From assembly GCF_009914755.1 (NCBI RefSeq), contig NC_060944.1: DNA of 64,000 nucleotides. One strand, given 5' to 3'. The DNA is from the human T2T-CHM13v2.0 reference genome, Homo sapiens. Both the position numbers and the translations under genes were made by a program. How positions within the stretch are numbered: position 1 is the first letter of the stretch; each line of letters starts with the position of its first letter. Shown here piece by piece: positions 57,296 to 64,000 of this stretch. The notes beneath the pieces are model-generated. The model ran no database searches, was not told the origin of the DNA, and saw only the letters and a program-made list of their open reading frames with translations.

Positions 57296-59701
57296 AAGAG
57301 GTTGGCTTTTGATCTTTATCACCATCTTTTAAATAAGAAACACATTTGCCCAGCAAAAGGGTGACCCTATTCCCTGGCCAGAGATGAGGCATACAGAGTC
57401 AGAGGCTTAACCCAAGCCAGGCCAATCAAAACCTCTCTCTGGGAAATAAAAAAGAGAATCCTGGAGACTAAAAGTCACAAGAACTGAGCCATATAAATGG
57501 CCTGCCCTCAGGCAAAACCCATAAACTCTACTAGCTACCCAGTCTTGGCTGCCCGATTCTTCCCTGAACCATTTGAAGTCCCCCAGTGTTCTGTTTTTAC
57601 TTAAGTTATCTGCAGAGTTAATGGCAGAATATTCAGCCTGAGTGCTTTCCCTTTTCCTGATTTCCTACTACCCCTGGCTTGCTTTCCCCATTCAGACAGT
57701 AGCCAGGGTGTCCTATGTTGGCTGCCTCAGAGAAGGAATGACCCAGCAGGAGGTAGAGAGCAAGAGACTTGGGCTCTTGACTTTTCAGTTCCAAATCTAA
57801 GAAACAGACTTGAAAGAATAGGTACAAAACTAGGCTATCCTGCCCCGAAACAGACAAACCCTCAGCCTGGGAGAGCAGAGGAAGTCAGGCAAGGAGGGAA
57901 CAGAGCTGAGATGCTGCAGGATCCTTGAGGACGGTCTGTAGTCTGCAGCTGGTGAGTGCTGGGGGATGACAGAAAACTCCAGATAGGCTGGGGGGATCTG
58001 AAAGCAGAGGAGACTTGCACTTACTCTTCTTATTGGGTGGAGCTAAGAAAAGGGCAGAACACTTTACAGAAATGGCTACTTGGGCTTCTTGTCAAGTAAC
58101 CCCCTGGGAGATCTCTGAGGCTCTCTGTACATCCCTCCATACCCTAGAGAGGAACATATGATCCAGGTGCACTGGAGAGAAGGGCAGATCCATAGAGGCC
58201 TGGTGGTCTGGGCAAAGAGAAGTAGCTGAGACCAATGAGAAACAATGACCAAGGAGCAGACAGTAAGATCACGTTCCAGGAGACACCAGGATGATGGATG
58301 ATGATTGCAGACCACACACTCTGTCCCCAGTGTCTGAGCACCACAATAATAGCAGCCAATGCTACTGGACACGAGCCCTCACTGACATTCAGCTGGTACA
58401 CCAGGTGTTATGGCCGGCGTCCATTTGATCCATTCATTCAACCAACAAATGTTTACTGAGCACATACTATGCACTCTATTGTGTCCAGGCACTATTCTGG
58501 ACACTTGGAATATGTTAGTGAACAGTGATTTCTGCCCTTCAGGTGCTTAGATTCTAGTGACATATTACACACAATTAATATCATAAACATTACAGTATGT
58601 TAGAAGGTGGTAAATGATAGAAATCTTAGTAATAAATAAGTAGAGAATTAATGTGGGCAGGGGGGGATGTGGGCGGCAATACAAAATAGTGTGATCAGTA
58701 GCTGTGACTTGTGCTTCTTATTAAATACTTTGATAGTTACCCTGGGCCTGTTCTAGAAATTTACACAGATTCTCTCCACATAAACTTCCCCAGGACACAG
58801 GCATAACATTTGGGAAAATCCTGAACCAAGTGGGTCTAAGTTTCCAGCAAACAGAGGACACAGCGGGACTTGATACAGAGATTAGCAACAGCGAACTCCC
58901 AGTGCTCACTAAATGCCACAAATGTCAAAGTGCTCTATACTTATTAATTCATTTCAGCCTCACAACAACCCCATGAGGTCAATACTGTTACTGGGCCCAT
59001 TTTATAGATGAGCCGGAGAGTTAAGAAACCTACCCAAATGACACAGGTACTGCATGGCCCCACCCTATCCCTCAGCACTCACCTCTATACTTTGAAGCTA
59101 CCTGCTCTCACACCTGCCACTAGGTCTGAGGGCTTATTTTCTGGCTGTGAGAATTCTGAATTTTGCTGGGGAAGCAAATTCAGCCTGTGGCACAGGGCAG
59201 GCTGGAAGCACCTGAGGGTTCATGCCTCAGAAGCAGCCCCCACCCAGTGACAAACTGGGAGTCTGCAGGGGGGATAATGCAGGTGAATGTTCACCCAGCC
59301 TCCCAAGGCTCCCCAGTGGGCCTGAGCTCCAGCTGCCCTTAGTGGTAGCAGGCTTGATGACGCATCCGTTATTAGCTCCCCTCCCTTCCCATCCCATTCC
59401 TTGCAGCTCCCACACTCGGGTTGCCTGGGATGGCCTGCCAAATAACCAGTTTCCACTTGAATCTTTGAATCAGGGTCTGCTCTGGAAGAAGCCAAACCAA
59501 GACAGAAGCTGAGTGGTATCTGAACCCAGAGAGTGAGGCTTCCAAGTCTATTATCTTAACAATTATGCAACAATGGTTTTTTTATAGACAGAAAGTATGA
59601 AAAAATAAAGTCACGTAAGTGTCTGGGGACTGAAAGGTATACCCACTATTCTTGCAAAACCAAAGACCCTTAATTAACAGCACAGAGGCTATGGTCTAGA
59701 C

Positions 59702-60048
59702 CAGGGGTCCCTAACCTTTTTAGCACCAGGGACCAGTTTTGTGGAAGACAATTTTTCCATGGACTGGGGCAGGGAGTGGGGGATGGTTTTGGGATGAAAC
59801 TGCTCCACCTCAGATCATCAGGCATTAGTTAGATTCTCACAAGGAGCTTGCAACCTAGATCCCTCTCATGCACAGTTCACAGCAGGGTTCATGCTCCTAT
59901 GAGAATCTAATGTCATCACTGATCTGACAGGAGGCAGAGCTCAGGCGGTAACGCTCGCTCGCCCACCGCTCACCTGCTCTGCAGCCTGGTTCCTAAGAGG
60001 CCAGGGACCAGTACCCCTGGGGGAGGCCCCTGGGGTTGGGGACCCCTG
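59702..60048. mobile_element. MER1B-like hAT-Charlie element
   Basis: Terminal inverted repeats caggggtccc...gggacccctg; internal ctcagatcatcaggcattagttagattctc. Confidence 0.85.
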
Positions 60049-61682
60049 ACCTCTTTCACACTGGTGACATGGCCTTTCCTCCATGCCCCTGGGTCTCTTT
60101 TCCACCCTACCCTCCCAGCCATCTAGGGGGCCAGCCTCCATTTTGTAAGGAGTGTCTGGGCTCCAAAAGCCTGAGAAATGGTGGGGGTCTCACGGATTCC
60201 AGGCATGGAAGGAGCGCAGCCTCCCAGGCAGAGGGAGGCCCTCTGCAGCCTGAAATTGAAAGTTTCCTCCAACGTCATCATTGTCTGCTTCTCAGTTCCT
60301 GGTGGGATTGTGAGCAGACAATGGGGAACTGGCAGGCCTGGTAATTAGCGGTAATTGTTTATAATATCTGGGCGGCTGCCTGATTTCCTATCCCAGGGAG
60401 CCTTGCTAGCTGCCAAGGAACCCGGCTGACGCCCCAGAAACCCTGAATAGGTTATCACGTCCTCCTGGGGGCTGGAGGAAGGAGGAATAAAGTGGTGGCT
60501 GGGCCCTACTAGGCCAGAAATCCAACTGCGGGTCTTCCCTGGAGTACACAAGAAGGCAGAGGCCGCAAAATCAAATCTGCCTCTACAACTCACTAGCCAA
60601 CTGCTTGCTGTGTGACCTCTGACAAGTTGTTATTGTCTCTGCATTTCAATGTTCTTATCTGCAAATGAAATCACACTGCCTCATGGACAGTGTCTGGCCT
60701 TTTTGTTGGCCAGTGCCTGTGCTGTCTCAGTTTCAAATGTTTTTCAAAATTTCTGCTTACGGCATCCATGAGCACAGGGGTATAAAAGAGCTTATTGCAT
60801 TAAGTGCTGCATATGTGCTACAACTTTGACAAGTCCTTGTATGCAACAGGAGCTCAATAGATGTTCACTGCCAAACCCTACAGCAGGACTTACACTGGGA
60901 AAATAAAGGATGGAGTGAAGACTGGATTTGGCATAACGCAGACCCTGGATGCCAGTACTGTACAACCTGTGGCAAGTGTCTTAACCTCTCTGAGCTGCAG
61001 TTTCCTCATGTAGAAAATGGGAATAAATAGTAATTACCTTGCCGAGTTGTTGGGGAGAGTCAGAGAGCTAGTGTAGGCAAGGTGCTTTAGCACAGAGGAC
61101 CTGCTGAGTGAATCAAAGGGTGAGATACCATGGCCTGCTGGGCCTGCTGCCTGGCCTGGGAGAGCCTCCTTGCCACATTCTTGGCATTTTCATGGCATTT
61201 CAGATTCTAGACCTGTTAGTAAGTACAGCATCTGGATGCCTGAGAATAAGCCCAAGCCATTCTGGGGAGTACTGCAGCAGCGGGTCCCTTCCAGGGACGT
61301 GTGCCACTTGGACAGGCGCAAAGCCCTGTAACAGGATTACAACCCATGTTCTGCTGGCCTTTTATTTTGTGTTAATGGTGAAATGAGATTCCCTGCATTT
61401 CAAATCCTATTACTTTTGTTTGTGGAGCTGAAACCCATTGGTCTTTTATTATTAACCTCTGAGCTTGGTTTGGCCCCTGGATTTTCTGTGTTCTTGATGG
61501 TGAAAGAAGTAACTGGCTCACGCAGGGGTTTGACTCCATTCTCTTTTCCAGATGGATCACTCGTCTCAACAGCATCAGAAATTAAAAGGTTGCACAGCCC
61601 TTGTGGTGATTATAGGTTATGTGATTCTCAAAGGTTTAGGAGTTTACGGGTTCCCTGTCCATCCATTCACTACATGCTCACC

Positions 61683-62128
61683 TATCCATCCATCCATCCA
61701 TTTATCCATCCATCCATCCACCTATCACTTCATCCATCCATCCATTTATCCATCCATCCATTTATCCATCCATCCATCCATTTATCCATCCATCCATCCA
61801 TTTATCCATCCATCCATCCATCCATCCACCCATCCATCCGTCCATCCATTTATCCATCCATCCATCCATCCATTTATCCATCCATTTATCCATCCATCCA
61901 TCCATCCATCCATCCATCCATCCATTTATCCATCCATCCATCCATCCACCCATCCATCCATCCGTCCATCCATTTATCCATCCATCCATCCATCCATCCA
62001 TCCATCCATCCATTTATCCATCCGTCCATTTATCCATCCATCCATCCACCCACCCATCCATCCATCCATCCACTTATCCATCCACCCATCCATCCATCCG
62101 TCCATCCATTCATCCATCCATCCATCCT
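61683..62128. repeat. (CATC)n tetranucleotide array in a RIMS4 intron
   Basis: About 450 nt of ccat/catt/ttat variants. Confidence 0.97.
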
Positions 62129-62153
62129 CCCACAAACTCACCAAGCCTACAAT

Positions 62154-62722
62154 ACAATCAATTCTGCTGTAACATGAAATATACATTTCTAAAAATTACT
62201 GTGCAACGCAAAATCTTGCTATAAAAATCACACAGCTTATGGGAAAATGGGGTCAGTGTCACATCAAAAACAGAAAAAGGCAAGAATGCAGTAAAAATGA
62301 AAGCATGGTTTTAAATATGTTAAATGCTTTAGAAATGCACAAATACTACAATAAAAATGGCATTTGACCTTGAAAATGACCTGCAGTTTGCTTGTGGAAG
62401 TGGGTGTCGGAAGAGGTGCAGCCTGTGAGTGATTGTGAGGTGGTGAGGGAAAAACTGAAGTCAATGGAAAGTTGTACCACCAGGTGTGGACAGGTGTGGC
62501 TTATAATAGTAAACTGAGGGTGCCGTGGATGTCTGAGGCGCATGTGTTTTGTGTATTCTTATGTGGGTGCAGTTTTCTTCATTCACCCAGTGCTCCTCGT
62601 GGATGAAATTGCACCTGAACAAATGCAAAATTTATGTTATGCTCAAATTGTTCCCTAATACTTGAATCATGTTGGAACAAATTCTCGTTTTCAAAACAAG
62701 TACTGTAGCAGAATTGCCCTGT
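62154..62722. mobile_element. Probable Tigger-type DNA transposon relic
   Basis: Imperfect terminal inverted repeats caattctgct...agcagaattg; AT-rich interior. Confidence 0.45.
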
Positions 62723-64000
62723 GCCAGGATATACCATATCATACAATCCTGACCCCGACTTCTCAACCATTCAAGGTATTTCCAAGCCTGACCACCTCTA
62801 TGAGACTGTGTGTGGCTCATGGGTGCAAAGCCAAGGATTTATTTTTTTATTTGTCAAAAACTCATCTTGAGCCAAGCACTGATAGTACTATTTATCAATG
62901 TTGATCCATTTAATCCTCTTAACAACTCTATAAAAGCTAGGTATTTGTAATTAATACCCATTTTATAAAATGGGAAACTGAGGCACAGAATTGTTAAGTA
63001 ATTGAACCAAAATCACTCTGCTAGGAGTGGCAGACCTAGGACTTGAACCTGGAGAGTCTGGCTCCAGGATTCACCCTCCTAAGCACTGCGTTATACTGTC
63101 TCTATTTGCCCTGAGGGGACCTCAGCCTTGCCCAGAGCAAAGCACAGGGATTTGCAGGTCAAAGCTACGGGGTCAGGCAGGCCTGGAACTGAATCCTGAC
63201 TCCACCACTCACTAGTCGTGGAGGCACATTCTTCACTTCTCAGAGCCTTGGTTTACTCCCCAGGAAAACAGGAATAAAGAACAATAGGATAATCCCAGTG
63301 CTGTTGTGAGTATTAAATGAGATAAACGCCTTAGAACAGAGTCTGGCATACTCAAATGCTCAAGAAATACTAGTGCTTATAAAACAAAACAAAAGAAAAC
63401 AAATCCCTGTCTCCTAGCCACAGATGCATCCAGCTCTGCTTTGTCCTTTGGGCACGGGAATGCTGCTAAATAGTAGAGGTGGGGAAGAAAAGGGGGTTCT
63501 GACCACCCACCCAGGCTCCTGAGCCTTTGGTGATTAGGAAACAGCCTTGGTAGAACCGTGACCCTGAGCCCGGGTTCAGTGGCCCTGCCACTGCCTTACA
63601 CTCTGCTTCCCTGGGCTGTGGACACAGTGACCCAGACACTCAGAGACCTGGATGCCGATGACCCAGACATCTCGGGACAACAAAGAACAGAGGGAAGAAG
63701 CAGGTGGGTGCTGGGAGCCAGCCTGGAGCGCTTCTGGGTCAACAGAGAGGATGCCAAGGCCCTGGATTCTGTGTGCTGAAGGGGCGGGAAGGAGTGAAAT
63801 GTATGCATGCTTCTGCTCACACACACCCACCTATTATTCATCAGAATGTGCAGAGCACCAACTGTGGGCCAGCTAGACAGGCATTGAACTCAGTGTCTAG
63901 TGGGACAGACAGACACACATGTGACAAGATAGAGAGTGGAGGGCACTGTGGTGGGGGAGGGACAGGGGACTGTGAGAGCTGCTGATACAGCCAGAGGAAC

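Noticed and set aside
61383-62186. HPSI/MDGW repeat ORFs
   Set aside because: Translation of the (CATC)n microsatellite

Overview
Human (primate) genomic DNA, recognisable as the chr20q13.12 CCN5(WISP2)-KCNK15-RIMS4 region. The + strand carries the complete 4-coding-exon CCN5 gene (13139-25055; spliced CDS 753 nt = 250 aa) and the 2-exon KCNK15/TASK-5 gene (43648-48574; 993 nt = 330 aa). The - strand carries the last four coding exons and long 3'UTR of RIMS4 (55920-53870), converging on KCNK15. The rest is introns and intergenic DNA rich in Alu, MIR/L2, old L1, ERV LTRs (MER41, MER4, LTR18-like, MaLR) and hAT/Tigger DNA transposon relics; repeat subfamily names are from recalled consensus sequences, not from a search. 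I found no evidence of a new protein-coding system. The most unusual structures are: a near-perfect 69-bp-stem hairpin in CCN5 intron 2 built from ancient repeat ends; a MER41 cluster with two inverted LTRs around a rearranged third copy and a near-consensus ERE; an inverted (CA)n/(TG)n(CG)n pair at the CCN5 start; probable overlap of the KCNK15 and RIMS4 3'UTRs; and a KCNK15 allele with an intact GYG filter split across the intron.
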